A program made the translations under genes and the position numbers. DNA of 64,000 bases from Deinococcales bacterium (GTDB lineage Bacteria; Deinococcota; Deinococci; Deinococcales; JAAFIG01). The notes beneath the pieces were generated by a model. The model was given only the letters and a program-made list of their open reading frames with translations. It made no database searches and had not been told where the DNA came from. The stretch spans positions 34,297 to 98,296 of the forward strand of contig JANXTZ010000081.1 in the NCBI GenBank assembly GCA_025352125.1, read 5' to 3'. Positions 9,747 to 19,428 of this stretch are shown piece after piece. Each line of letters starts with the position of its first letter. Position 1 is the first letter of the stretch.

Positions 9747-10577
9747 TTAACCTTTGACTGCACCTGCGGTCAGACCCCGAATAAGATAACGTTGAATGAA
9801 ACCAAAAAAGAGGATCACGGGAATCAATGCAATCGTGCTGGCTGCCATCATCTGCCCCCAGTTGACCGCGCCTTTTTGAATGAAGGACAGCAAGCCAACC
9901 GCGAAGGTTTTCTGGCTTTCGGAATTGATGAGCATGAGCGAAAACAGCAGTTCGCTCCAAGCGCCCGTGAAGACAAACCCCAGCGTGGCGGCGACCCCAG
10001 GCAGGGTTAACGGCAGGATCACGCGCCAAAGCGCTTGAATGCGGGTGCAACCGTCGATCATGGCGGCTTCGTCGAGTTCTCGAGGGATGGCATCAAAAAA
10101 AGATTTCATCAAAAACGTGGCGAACGGCGTGTTGATGGCGGTGTAGACCACGATCAAACCCCATAAATTATCGACCAATCCAATGCCAACCAGCACCCGA
10201 AAGAGTGGCACGAGCACAATCACCAGCGGAAAAAATTGGGTCAACAACAAGATAAAAGCGATGGTGTTTTTAAACCTAAACTCGTACCTCGAGAAGGCGG
10301 CGGCGGTTAAGGACGCCAGAATCGTGGCAAAAAATGCGGTGCTGAGCGAGACGATCACGCTGTTCATAAAATAGGTCGGAAACGGCGTGTTGGCAAAAAC
10401 GTTGGTGAAATTATCAAAAGTCACCGAAGTTGGAAACGGAAGCAGTGCCTCGGAGTACAAGCTTTTGTTGGGCGTCAGGGCAATTTTCACAATCCAGTAC
10501 AAAGGAAACAAGGCAAACACCAAATACCCAGTGAGTGCCACGGCTCGAGCGCCAAGCCACAAGGGTTTGCGTTTCAA
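9747..10577 (-). CDS. carbohydrate ABC transporter permease (MalG-like)
   Basis: EAA loop EAAMIDGCTRIQALWRVILP. I place the start at the TTG overlapping the upstream gene's stop (TTGA at 10574-10577), giving MKRKPLWLGARAVA...; the longer ORF to 10862 overlaps the upstream permease. Confidence 0.8.
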   Translation of the reverse strand: MKRKPLWLGARAVALTGYLVFALFPLYWIVKIALTPNKSLYSEALLPFPTSVTFDNFTNVFANTPFPTYFMNSVIVSLSTAFFATILASLTAAAFSRYEFRFKNTIAFILLLTQFFPLVIVLVPLFRVLVGIGLVDNLWGLIVVYTAINTPFATFLMKSFFDAIPRELDEAAMIDGCTRIQALWRVILPLTLPGVAATLGFVFTGAWSELLFSLMLINSESQKTFAVGLLSFIQKGAVNWGQMMAASTIALIPVILFFGFIQRYLIRGLTAGAVKG

Positions 10578-11494
10578 GTCGTGACCTCGAGTCGGCTGCG
10601 CAGGCGCAGCATGATGACCGCGTACAAGATCAGCAACATCAGCAGAATCACGCTGATGGCGGCGGCGTAACCATAATCGAGTTTGTTGTACGCCACCGTA
10701 AAAATATAACTCGAGGTGATCTGCGTGGCATCGGCAGGACCACCTCCGGTCATGACCCAGATCAAATCCGAGAAATTGGCAATCCAGACCGTTCGCAGCA
10801 GGGCGGTAATCACAATGGTTGGAGCGATATAGGGCAGGGTGATAAAACGAAATTGCTGCCAACTGCTCGCGCCGTCCATGTCGGCAGCCTCGTACATTTC
10901 TTTGGGAATGGCGGTCAGTGTGGCGAGCAAGGTGATGGCGAAAAAAGGAATGCCAAACCAGATGTTGGCAATAATCGGACCGATGAGCGCAATGCTCGGG
11001 TCAGCCAGAATGTTATCGGCATTGGGCAGCAAACCTAGTGCCGCCGCCCAGTGTGCCAGGGGACCAATGACCGGATTGAACAACCACGACCAGGTCAAAC
11101 CCGACAAAAAAGCCGGAACAGCCCAAGGCAGAAAAACCAGTGCCTGATACAACTTTTGCCCAGGAAACGGCGTGACCAGCAAAAGAGCCAAACCCAGCCC
11201 GAACAACAACTGAAACACCAAACTCGAGAACGTCCAAACCACGGTGTTGCGCAAGCTCAACCAGAAAATTGGGTCGTTAAACGCCTTGATATAATTTTCC
11301 AAACCCGCAAAACCATGGTTGAGCGGCTCGTAGACCACAAAATGGATAAAACTGTAATAAATCCCGATCAGCACCGGCACAAACAAAGTCAAGCCCAACA
11401 ACAACAAGGTTGGACTGACGTACAGATAAGGCTCGAGCAAGACCTGCAAGGCTCGAGGTTTGGGTTGTGGGGTGCGGGTGATGGTGGTCGCCAT
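10574..11494 (-). CDS. carbohydrate ABC transporter permease (MalF-like)
   Basis: Six predicted TM segments and the EAA loop EAADMDGASSWQQFRFITLP. Confidence 0.85.
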   Translation of the reverse strand: MATTITRTPQPKPRALQVLLEPYLYVSPTLLLLGLTLFVPVLIGIYYSFIHFVVYEPLNHGFAGLENYIKAFNDPIFWLSLRNTVVWTFSSLVFQLLFGLGLALLLVTPFPGQKLYQALVFLPWAVPAFLSGLTWSWLFNPVIGPLAHWAAALGLLPNADNILADPSIALIGPIIANIWFGIPFFAITLLATLTAIPKEMYEAADMDGASSWQQFRFITLPYIAPTIVITALLRTVWIANFSDLIWVMTGGGPADATQITSSYIFTVAYNKLDYGYAAAISVILLMLLILYAVIMLRLRSRLEVTT

Positions 11495-11539
11495 TGAAAA
11501 GCCTCTTGAGGTATAAGAAAATCAGTGATTGTACTTTCT

Positions 11540-11760
11540 GCCTTCATCCCCGACCCTTCTTGCTCACAAGACAGCACCTAGCGGGCTGTTCGCGCTTCTC
11601 CCAACATCGGGAGAAGAGGGTTTTGGTTCTATCTCGAGAAACTGAAATGTTGTGTTCTCAACCCTCTCCCACAAGTGGGAGAGGGTGACGAGCCTAAGGC
11701 GAGCGCCCCAAGCCCGTCAGGTGCTGCTGTAAGGGGCAAGAAGTCGGGTGAGGGTTTCAG
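11540..11760. repeat. REP/MITE-like nested palindromic element
   Basis: Imperfect outer inverted arms of about 45 bp (11545-11588 vs 11709-11758, e.g. cagcacctagcgggct / agcccgtcaggtgctg). They enclose two perfect hairpins: cttctccc-n6-gggagaag (11595-11616) and accctctccca-n4-tgggagagggt (11661-11686). The motif tccccgacccttct is shared with the 32.7-kb copy. Confidence 0.6.
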
Positions 11761-11845
11761 GTGAGCTAAAGCAGATTATTCTTGTTTGTCAAACAATTTT
11801 TTGGTTAAGTTGCAGTATCCAAAGCACGCCCTAACTCGAGAAAAC

Positions 11846-13150
11846 TTACTTTGTCGGGTTGGCTTTCAGGTAATCCTGATTGGCTTTGGTCAGGAACGCC
11901 GCCCATTCCTTGGCGACTTGCTCGGCGGTTTTTTGCCCCAGCAGCACTTGCTGATAACCGTTCAGGGCGATGGTGGAAAAGAATTCGCCGAGTTGCGGCA
12001 GGTACAATGGGTATTGCACGGGCACGTAACGGCTGGTGTTGTTCACTTCGCTAAACCAGCCTTTGAAGACCGAATCGCTGTAGGCGGCGTCTTTGTCAGC
12101 GCCCTTGTAAATTGGCAGGATGCCGATGAAGTTTGCCCACTTCAGGTTGTTCTTTTTGGCGATCAAGAATTGCGTCAGCTTCCAGGCGGCTTCTTTGTTC
12201 TTGCCGCTCGAGAACATTGACCAGCCTGCCGTACCGTATTTGACGAAGGCTTTGCCGTTTGGTCCGACGGGCATCGGAGCAACATCAAAGTTCGCCGCGC
12301 CAAGTTGGTCGCGGATGCCCAAGAGGGCGTCTGGGTCTTGGTCGAGCATGGCGCAGTTGCTCGAGGCGAAACCGGAAACGATTTCGTTGAAGCCCCAGTT
12401 GACGCTTGCTTTTGGAGCGCCGCCAGATTTGTAGAGGTCTGCCATGAATTGAATGCCTTTGATTGCGCCCGGCGAGTCGAAGGTGCTTTTACCGTCTTTG
12501 TCGAACCAGGCGGCGCTGCCCATGAAGCCGCTCATGAACGAGAACACGCTGTCGAAGCTGCCTCGAGAACCGCGCAGGCAGTAGCCGTACTTGTTGCTGC
12601 CAGAGCTACTGATTTTGGCGGCGTATTTGGCAAAATCATTGAAGGTGCGGGGGGCAGCCTTCAAGCCTGCATCCTTAAACATGTTCTTGTTGTAAAACAT
12701 GCCGCGCACGTAAAAACCGTAGGGCAAAAAATACATGGTGTTCTTGTATGCCTTGCCGAATGAAAGCGTGGGCTTGTTGAAATCTTTGGCGTCTTTAAAG
12801 TTTTTCAGGTAGGGGTCAAGATTCTCGAGCGCCCCAAGGCTGCCGTACAAGCCCAGCCAGTTCTCGGAAATTTCGGCAACGTCTGGGGCTTGTCCGCTCT
12901 GCACCAGATTCAAAAGCTTCTGGTACGATTCCGCCCACGGCAAGGAAATCAACTCGACTTCGATACCAGGGTTGGCGGCTTTAAAATCTTTGAGAATATC
13001 GTTCAGAACCACGGTGCGAGGTTCGGCGGTTATCACTTCGACCAGACGCAATTTGATTGGCGCTTGGGCTTGACTGATGCCGACCAGACCAGCGATTCCT
13101 GCCAAGCTCAGAATTCCGGCGCTCCACTTTTTTACTTGATTCATGTTCAT
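11846..13150 (-). CDS. carbohydrate ABC transporter substrate-binding protein (family 1)
   Basis: Signal peptide after MNMNQVKKWSAGILSLAGIAGLVGISQAQA, with GAGAGG just upstream. The start is 13150 or 13144; the ORF extension to 13216 is unlikely. Confidence 0.85.
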   Translation of the reverse strand: MNMNQVKKWSAGILSLAGIAGLVGISQAQAPIKLRLVEVITAEPRTVVLNDILKDFKAANPGIEVELISLPWAESYQKLLNLVQSGQAPDVAEISENWLGLYGSLGALENLDPYLKNFKDAKDFNKPTLSFGKAYKNTMYFLPYGFYVRGMFYNKNMFKDAGLKAAPRTFNDFAKYAAKISSSGSNKYGYCLRGSRGSFDSVFSFMSGFMGSAAWFDKDGKSTFDSPGAIKGIQFMADLYKSGGAPKASVNWGFNEIVSGFASSNCAMLDQDPDALLGIRDQLGAANFDVAPMPVGPNGKAFVKYGTAGWSMFSSGKNKEAAWKLTQFLIAKKNNLKWANFIGILPIYKGADKDAAYSDSVFKGWFSEVNNTSRYVPVQYPLYLPQLGEFFSTIALNGYQQVLLGQKTAEQVAKEWAAFLTKANQDYLKANPTK

Positions 13151-13305
13151 CCTCTCTTTACTCGAGCAACAAGCGACCAGCACCATCGGTTGGAAAGAAC
13201 ACCACCTCCTCAACACAAGTCAATTCACTCAAGTTAAACCAGATCAAGCTCGAGTTTATGGATGATCAGTTTGCACCTCGAGTCTTCAAAATAGATTTCT
13301 GATTC

Positions 13306-13315
13306 GCAACGTTGC
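13306..13315. promoter_or_regulatory. candidate LacI-family operator upstream of the sugar ABC operon
   Basis: Perfect palindrome gcaacgttgc with a central CG, as in LacI/CcpA-type operators, about 155 bp upstream of the binding-protein start. Confidence 0.35.
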
Positions 13316-13489
13316 AAGGTCATGTGACAACAAGCTGATAAATGATCAACTGATCGTATACCGCACGGCATTTACGTGTCAATCAAGTGTTCAATCAAAA
13401 ATAGCGCCCATGCACCGGCATCACGAAGGTCAGTCTCGGGTTTGAAAACCATCGGGAACTTTTTCGCTTCAGCCACCGTATTGCCAATT

Positions 13490-13819
13490 ATGATTGTCAC
13501 CACCGCAAATGACCTGGCAGGCTACAAAATCACCCGTCAACTCGGAGTTGTGCGCGGCATCACCGTGCGCTCGAGAAGCGTGCTGGGCAACATCGGCGCG
13601 GGTTTTCAAGCCTTGTTCGGCGGCAACATCACGCTGTTCACCTCTTTGGCAGAAAAAGCCCGAGAGGAAGCCTACGAATTGATGGTTGACCACGCCAAGA
13701 TTCGCGGTGCAAACGCGATCATTGCCATGAGCTACGACGCGAACGAGATCATGGAGGGCATTACCGAAGTGTTGGCGTATGGCACGGCGGTGGTGGTCGA
13801 ACCCGTCAGCGTTTCCTAG
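13490..13819 (+). CDS. YbjQ/UPF0145 (DUF74) family protein
   Basis: [39 protein letters not shown]...[11 protein letters not shown] matches the YbjQ family pattern. The start is taken at the internal ATG at 13490. Confidence 0.8.
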   Translation: MIVTTANDLAGYKITRQLGVVRGITVRSRSVLGNIGAGFQALFGGNITLFTSLAEKAREEAYELMVDHAKIRGANAIIAMSYDANEIMEGITEVLAYGTAVVVEPVSVS

Positions 13820-13824
13820 TTTGA

Positions 13825-13867
13825 AATCTCGAGGATGTGAAAAATCACGTCCTCGAGATTCATTTTT
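13825..13867. terminator. bidirectional intrinsic terminator between convergent genes
   Basis: 16-bp stem (aatctcgaggatgtga / tcacgtcctcgagatt, one G-U pair), loop aaaa, then cattttt. Each arm contains CTCGAG. Confidence 0.75.
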
Positions 13868-13911
13868 GAATGCTCTGTTTAGTTTTCTGTCACCCGAGAA
13901 TACCCAATCAT

Positions 13912-14595
13912 TTATTTTTTGCAGTCGAGTTTGACGCGAATGCTGGGGTCTGGGACGCTGTAGGCAATTTTGTAATTGTCTTGCAGGTACTTTGCGGTAA
14001 AGGCATCGGGTCTGATGAACAACAATAACTTTTGTGGCTCGCCCTGAACTTGCTTGATGTTCTCGAATGTCACCTCGGACACCACGCCCGCCCCTGGTGG
14101 AATCGCGGGGTCGGTCAGGTCATTGACGTTGTACGGGTTCAGGGTGTTGCCATCATTAAATGCCAGCTTGAAGCCCTCAAAACCTGTGCCAGACAGGGCA
14201 ATCCCGTTGGCTTTGGTGCCGTTTCGGAGTTCCATTTTCAGCTTCCAACCCACCTGGTCATTCTCCTGATAGGACGCAACCGAAATCACCCGAAAACGCC
14301 AGATGCCGTTCAATAACCATTCGTTCAGGCAACCCTCGAGCGCCGCCACCTGGGTTGCGCCGCCAGCCGTTGAAGCGGTTGGTAAGGTCAAGCTCAACGT
14401 CCCAGCTTTCAAACTCGAGCGAATCCCAGAAGCTTGCAGGGCTTTTAACGGCACAAACGTTTCGCCTTTCACCACAATGGCGTTGCTCGAGAATGCTTTG
14501 TTGTTGATGACCAGTTTGTAGGCGGTCTGCGCGGTTTGCGCCAGGACGATAGAACCCAGAATAACGGCGAGAACAAGCAGCCTGTGTTTCATCAT
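13912..14595 (-). CDS. secreted hypothetical protein
   Basis: Signal peptide MMKHRLLVLAVILGSIVLAQTAQTA. The N-terminal segment (KAFSSNAIVVKGETFVPLKAL) resembles copper-amine-oxidase-N-like stalk domains. No function assigned. Confidence 0.6.
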   Translation of the reverse strand: MMKHRLLVLAVILGSIVLAQTAQTAYKLVINNKAFSSNAIVVKGETFVPLKALQASGIRSSLKAGTLSLTLPTASTAGGATQVAALEGCLNEWLLNGIWRFRVISVASYQENDQVGWKLKMELRNGTKANGIALSGTGFEGFKLAFNDGNTLNPYNVNDLTDPAIPPGAGVVSEVTFENIKQVQGEPQKLLLFIRPDAFTAKYLQDNYKIAYSVPDPSIRVKLDCKK

Positions 14596-14754
14596 TCTTT
14601 CCTTTCTAAACCAGGATGAGGTGCAGGTATTTTAGATCAAATCTTCCACCGAAATACGTCAACCGACATGCCAATGATCTGAACCAGGATTTCTGGTCTT
14701 TGCATTTGCTTCAAGGTCACGTTCGTCCCGCCCTTGGCACGTTAGACTCGAGTT

Positions 14755-15927
14755 ATGAATTTCGCGGATTTGTTCGTTCTCGCGCAACGTGGTTTGCTCC
14801 GCCGTCCGGTCAGGACGTTTCTGACGGTGCTGGGCATTGTTGTGGCGGTTGCCTCAATGGTCATTTTTTTAAGCTTGGGCGAAGGGTTTAGACGGGCGCT
14901 CGGGGCTGAAATCGGCAATGTTGGACCCGATTTGCAGGTGACCTTGGCGGGCAATGAAAGCTCGAGCGTTTTCGGCAGCCCGATTCCTGATGTGCCGCTC
15001 GAGAATGCGGCTCGGTTTGAATCTGTGGCGTCTGAACTCGGCATCAAACAGGTGATCCCGTACATTCTGACGGCTCGAGGCAGTTTTTCTGGGCAGGGCT
15101 ATTTGATCGGCGGTTATCCGTTCGAGCGCGTGCCACTATCAGACATTTACCCAAATTTGAAGTTGCTCGAGGGTCGGCTGTTCACACCAGCCGATTCTTT
15201 GGGAAATGTTGCGGTTGTTGGTGCGGCGGCGGCAAAGAATGCCAGCCTTAAACTGGGTAGCGCCCTGCGTTTAAACCGTGATGTGAGCTTTAAAGTGGTT
15301 GGGATTTTGAAAAAGGGTGATGGCTTCACCGATTCATTTATTTTCGTGCCATTTAATGCCTTGGCGAAAGGCATCGGGATTGCCAACCGTGCCACCGGAA
15401 TTGCCATCAAACTCAACGATGCCGGCGATGCCCGCAAAGTGGCGACCGCCCTGAATGCAAGATTTACAGATTTAAATGCCAAAACCCAGGGTGATGTGCT
15501 CAGTATTCTGGACAAAGCCATTGCGATTGGTGACGCGTTTCGGTTCGGCATCAGTTTGATCTCGTTGATCGTCGGTGGTCTTGCCGTGGCAAACACGGTC
15601 ATGATGGGCGTTTACGAGCGAACCCGAGAATTCGGTGTGATTCGGGCGATAGGCGCAAAACCCAGTTTTGTCTTTAGCCTGGTCGTGCTCGAGAGTATGT
15701 TGCTGGCATTGATTGGTGGCGCTGGTGGCGTGCTGGTCGGTTACTTGGGTTCGTTCGTGGTCAATTTTGCCGTGCGCGATCTGGTCAGCGTGTCCATTGC
15801 GGCGGTCACACCAAGGTTGATTTTGTTGGCGGTTGGTGTGGCGGCGGTGCTCGGCTTGTTCGCGGGTTTACTGCCCGCCAGGACTGCCAGCAGGCTGGTC
15901 ATCACCCAAGCCCTGGGAAGGAACTAA
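14755..15927 (+). CDS. ABC transporter permease, FtsX/MacB-LolE type
   Basis: N-terminal TM segment, a large periplasmic domain and a C-terminal FtsX-like 3-TM bundle. Paired with the downstream ATPase. Confidence 0.85.
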   Translation: MNFADLFVLAQRGLLRRPVRTFLTVLGIVVAVASMVIFLSLGEGFRRALGAEIGNVGPDLQVTLAGNESSSVFGSPIPDVPLENAARFESVASELGIKQVIPYILTARGSFSGQGYLIGGYPFERVPLSDIYPNLKLLEGRLFTPADSLGNVAVVGAAAAKNASLKLGSALRLNRDVSFKVVGILKKGDGFTDSFIFVPFNALAKGIGIANRATGIAIKLNDAGDARKVATALNARFTDLNAKTQGDVLSILDKAIAIGDAFRFGISLISLIVGGLAVANTVMMGVYERTREFGVIRAIGAKPSFVFSLVVLESMLLALIGGAGGVLVGYLGSFVVNFAVRDLVSVSIAAVTPRLILLAVGVAAVLGLFAGLLPARTASRLVITQALGRN

Positions 15928-15933
15928 GCACCT

Positions 15934-16617
15934 GTGAGCACCATTTTGCAAGCCAGCGATATTTCCAAAGTCTATCCGAGCGGCGAGGACACCGTGACCG
16001 CGCTCAACCACCTGTCACTCGAGTTTGACGCGGGTCGGATCACCGCCATTGTCGGTCCGAGTGGTTCGGGCAAAAGCACGCTCTTGAATTTACTGGCGGG
16101 GTTCGATGTTCCCTCGAGCGGCAATGTCACGCACAATGGCAACAGCATCACCGCCATGCCTGAGACGACCCTTGCCAGTTACCGCTTGGCGCATTTCGGT
16201 TTTATTTTTCAAAATTACAATTTGGTCAGCATTCTCAACGCCCAAGAAAACGTCGAATTGCCGCTCTCGTTGGCGAGCGTGCCACGTCTCGAGCGCACCA
16301 AACGAGCCAAAGAATTGCTGGCTCGGGTGGGACTGGGCAAACGCATCACCCACCGTCCCAATCAACTTTCTGGCGGCGAACAGCAACGCGTCGCCATCGC
16401 CAGGGCGCTTGCCACCAATCCCAGCGTGATCTTTGCCGACGAACCCACGGGCAACCTCGACAGCGCCACCGGCTCGGGGATTCTCGAGCTTCTGACCGGA
16501 CGGTCTGAGGGTTCTGAAGCCCGAACGCTTATTTTGATCACGCACGACATGGAAGTGGCTGCCAGGGCGGATAAAATTGTCAAGATTCGGGATGGACGCC
16601 TCGATTCAGGCGCTTGA
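15934..16617 (+). CDS. ABC transporter ATP-binding protein (MacB/LolD type)
   Basis: Walker [10 protein letters not shown], signature LSGGEQQR, Walker B IFADEPTG. Confidence 0.95.
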   Translation: MSTILQASDISKVYPSGEDTVTALNHLSLEFDAGRITAIVGPSGSGKSTLLNLLAGFDVPSSGNVTHNGNSITAMPETTLASYRLAHFGFIFQNYNLVSILNAQENVELPLSLASVPRLERTKRAKELLARVGLGKRITHRPNQLSGGEQQRVAIARALATNPSVIFADEPTGNLDSATGSGILELLTGRSEGSEARTLILITHDMEVAARADKIVKIRDGRLDSGA

Positions 16618-17865
16618 TTCCCGCATGGCGGCGCGAAGAATTTCGATGGTGTGAAGCACGGGCAGGTGATGCCCCAGTCGCTCGAGATGGGTTTTGAGTT
16701 GGGTCAAACATCCAATATTTCCGCTCGAGATGGCTTGTGCACCAGACTCGATCACGGCTCTGGCTTTGCGCATCCCAAGTTCCCTGGCAATTTCGGGTTG
16801 TTCAATGTTGTATGTTCCCGCCGAGCCACAACAAATTTCAGCATCGGTCAACTCGAGCAGCGTCAAATTTTCAATGCTCGAGAGTAAGCTTCTGGGTTGC
16901 ACTCGGACGCCTTGCGCATGAGCCAAATGACAGGCGTCGTGATAGGCAACTTTCAATGGATTCTCGAGTTTGAGGGGCGTGACCAAACCGAGTTCGGCTA
17001 AAAAAACGCTGACATCTTTGACCCGTGCCGCCAAGGCACTAGCCCTGATTTCTTCGGGTTCTCCCGCGAACAACAAACCGTACTCGTGAATGCCCGACCC
17101 GCAACCTGCCGCATTCGTGATGATCGCATCAACATCCTCTGGAAAAACGTTCAGATTTTTTCGGGCGAGCGCTCGAGCCTCCGATTGCTGCCCCGTGTGC
17201 ATCAGAATTGCGCCGCAACAGCCCTGGGACTTGGGTATCTCAACCTCAACCCCGTTTTTGGATAACACCTCGAGCGTCGCACGGTTGATTTCGGGCGCGA
17301 GCACCTGTTGGGCGCAACCCGCCAGCAGCGCCACCCGAGCACGTTTTTTGCCAACCGCAGGAACAAATTCTGGCAGTTCGTAAGTGCTTGGCAGCGCGTT
17401 TGGTAAAAGCTCGAGCATGGCTTGCATGGGTTTGGGTAGCAAAGTTTTGAAAGGCTTTCCAAAACGCCCCAAGCTTGCCGCCAACCGAAACCGCCTTGGG
17501 TGCGGCAAGGTGCTCGAGATCAAGATTTTCGTCAGGTTTTTCAACTCGAGTTTGTTGGTTTGATTTAACGCCCGAAACGGCGCGAGCAATTCGCCGTACT
17601 GAACCCCACTCGGGCAGGCGGTGACGCACGCCAGACAACCCAGGCAACGATCCACGTGAACACTCGCCTCCGCCATTGTCAGGTTTCCCTCGAGCACCTC
17701 TTTCATCAAGACAATTCGACCACGTGGCGAGTCCATTTCCTCGCCCAGCACACGATACGTTGGACAGGTCGGCAGACAAAAACCGCAATGTACGCAGGCT
17801 TCAACCGCCTCCGCCATTGCGGGTCCCTGAGCGCCGAATTTCTCGAGCGGGATGTCATGTTGCAT
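16606..17865 (-). CDS. glcF: glycolate oxidase iron-sulfur subunit
   Basis: Two ferredoxin-type clusters ([24 protein letters not shown]) plus cysteine-rich CCG domains. The start is chosen at [10 protein letters not shown], preceded by GGAGAGGA; the ORF extends to 17886. Confidence 0.9.
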   Translation of the reverse strand: MQHDIPLEKFGAQGPAMAEAVEACVHCGFCLPTCPTYRVLGEEMDSPRGRIVLMKEVLEGNLTMAEASVHVDRCLGCLACVTACPSGVQYGELLAPFRALNQTNKLELKNLTKILISSTLPHPRRFRLAASLGRFGKPFKTLLPKPMQAMLELLPNALPSTYELPEFVPAVGKKRARVALLAGCAQQVLAPEINRATLEVLSKNGVEVEIPKSQGCCGAILMHTGQQSEARALARKNLNVFPEDVDAIITNAAGCGSGIHEYGLLFAGEPEEIRASALAARVKDVSVFLAELGLVTPLKLENPLKVAYHDACHLAHAQGVRVQPRSLLSSIENLTLLELTDAEICCGSAGTYNIEQPEIARELGMRKARAVIESGAQAISSGNIGCLTQLKTHLERLGHHLPVLHTIEILRAAMRESSA

Positions 17866-18889
17866 TAAATTTCCTCTCCAGGTCAAAAGTGTTCAAAACC
17901 CGTTCGAGCAGCACGCCGCCGACTTGTTTTCCAAGCAACACTCGAGGGGTGTTGCCGCGCAATACCAAACCCGAAAGTTGAAGCTCGAGCAGGATCAAAT
18001 CCAGATTCTCGAGTGAATCCGTCCATTCCAGCCAAGCTAAATTGCCGCTCGAGATGTAACGCGTTCGTCCGTGTTCCAAAATTTTTGCCTCGAGTGTTGG
18101 GATTTTACTGGCGGTGAGGGGAATTTTTACCAGTGCCGCGTTTGGTACAACCCACAAAAATTCTCGAGCCTCACGCCAGATTTCAGTGTCGTCTCGCGTG
18201 ACTTGCCCTTCAATACCAACGAATTTTTGAAGGTTCTCGAGTCGGGTTTCCAGAGCATTAATCACGCCACCAATCCGAATCATCACCCGCGAGCCGAAAA
18301 CATCCAAGCATTCCAGGTCAAAGCTCGAGCCAGCCAATTTTTGCATGGTTTCCAGCGCGGTTTTCGGGGTGTCACACTCGAGTTGCAAGGTTGCCCAGGC
18401 TTTGGGCGCTGGAAAAACCTTGAAGGTCAGTTCGGTTATTACGCCAAACGTGCCCAGAGCGCCGCAATGCATTTTGGGCAGGTCAAATCCCGCAGCATTC
18501 TTCACAACCTTGCCACCGCCCCGCACAATCCCTCCCAGACCATCTATAAATTGTACCGCCAGCACAAAATCGCGCACGCCGCCAAAACGTTGCCGCCCAG
18601 AACCCGACAGACCAGCCGCCACCGTGCCGCCCAAGGTTGCGCCAGCCATCAAAAACGGTGGGTCGAACGGCAAATGCTGACCGTGCTCGGCAAGAATCTG
18701 GGCAATCTCAGAAACTCGAGTTCCCGCCAGCGCCGTGAAGGTGTACTCGCTCGGGTCGTACTCGAGCATCCCAGAAAGCTCGTGCATCTCGAGGTTTGCA
18801 ACACTGGAAAGTGCGGGTTTTGTGCCGCCGCCACGCACTTTGACAGAGGCGTTGGATTTGATGAAATCCTGAATTTCGAGAATTGTCAT
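17855..18889 (-). CDS. glcE: glycolate oxidase FAD-binding subunit
   Basis: FAD_binding_4-like domain, positioned between glcD and glcF. The start MTILEIQDF overlaps the upstream stop as ATGA. Confidence 0.85.
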   Translation of the reverse strand: MTILEIQDFIKSNASVKVRGGGTKPALSSVANLEMHELSGMLEYDPSEYTFTALAGTRVSEIAQILAEHGQHLPFDPPFLMAGATLGGTVAAGLSGSGRQRFGGVRDFVLAVQFIDGLGGIVRGGGKVVKNAAGFDLPKMHCGALGTFGVITELTFKVFPAPKAWATLQLECDTPKTALETMQKLAGSSFDLECLDVFGSRVMIRIGGVINALETRLENLQKFVGIEGQVTRDDTEIWREAREFLWVVPNAALVKIPLTASKIPTLEAKILEHGRTRYISSGNLAWLEWTDSLENLDLILLELQLSGLVLRGNTPRVLLGKQVGGVLLERVLNTFDLERKFNAT

Positions 18890-19428
18890 GCCGTGTCTCC
18901 CAAAGTTCGGTACAACCGCGCCCGAACCCGATCCTCGAGCATTTCCTGCTCGAGACTCCAACCCCAAATTGGTTTGATTTGTGGGCGTTTGTGCGGTGTC
19001 AAAACCAGCAGTGTGTCCGTGATTTGCGCCAGTTGAAACATCAACATTGGTAACTTTGAAAGCTCCACCAAATGCAGCGCAAAACTACAGACAATCAGAC
19101 TGTAATTTCGTCCCTCGAGCACACCATTTGCAATGTCATCAAACGAGAATGGTTCGGCGTGTAAACCTGTGCGTTCAAAAAAAGCTTGACCTGTGTACGG
19201 GTCAATGCCCGAAACCCCTCCGCCAAGTTCTTGCAACACCAAGGTCGCCTCGCCACTGCCGCAAGCCAAATCCAGCACGTGTGAAAGTTCAAGTTTCCAC
19301 TCGAGCGACACGCGTTTCAGTAAACTTTGCAAAATGGTTTCATGCGGGTTGCGGTAACTCGAGCCAAACTGCTGGTAAAAGCCAGTGACGCCGTGTTCCT
19401 CGTAAGCGGGGCGGATGTCATCCATCAT
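18886..19428 (-). CDS. class I SAM-dependent methyltransferase
   Basis: Motif [13 protein letters not shown]. Both gene ends overlap their neighbours by 4 nt. Confidence 0.75.
   Translation of the reverse strand: MMDDIRPAYEEHGVTGFYQQFGSSYRNPHETILQSLLKRVSLEWKLELSHVLDLACGSGEATLVLQELGGGVSGIDPYTGQAFFERTGLHAEPFSFDDIANGVLEGRNYSLIVCSFALHLVELSKLPMLMFQLAQITDTLLVLTPHKRPQIKPIWGWSLEQEMLEDRVRARLYRTLGDTA

Noticed and set aside
18071-19036. 321-aa ORF on the plus strand
   Set aside because: It is antisense to glcE and the methyltransferase, both of which have clear family motifs on the minus strand.
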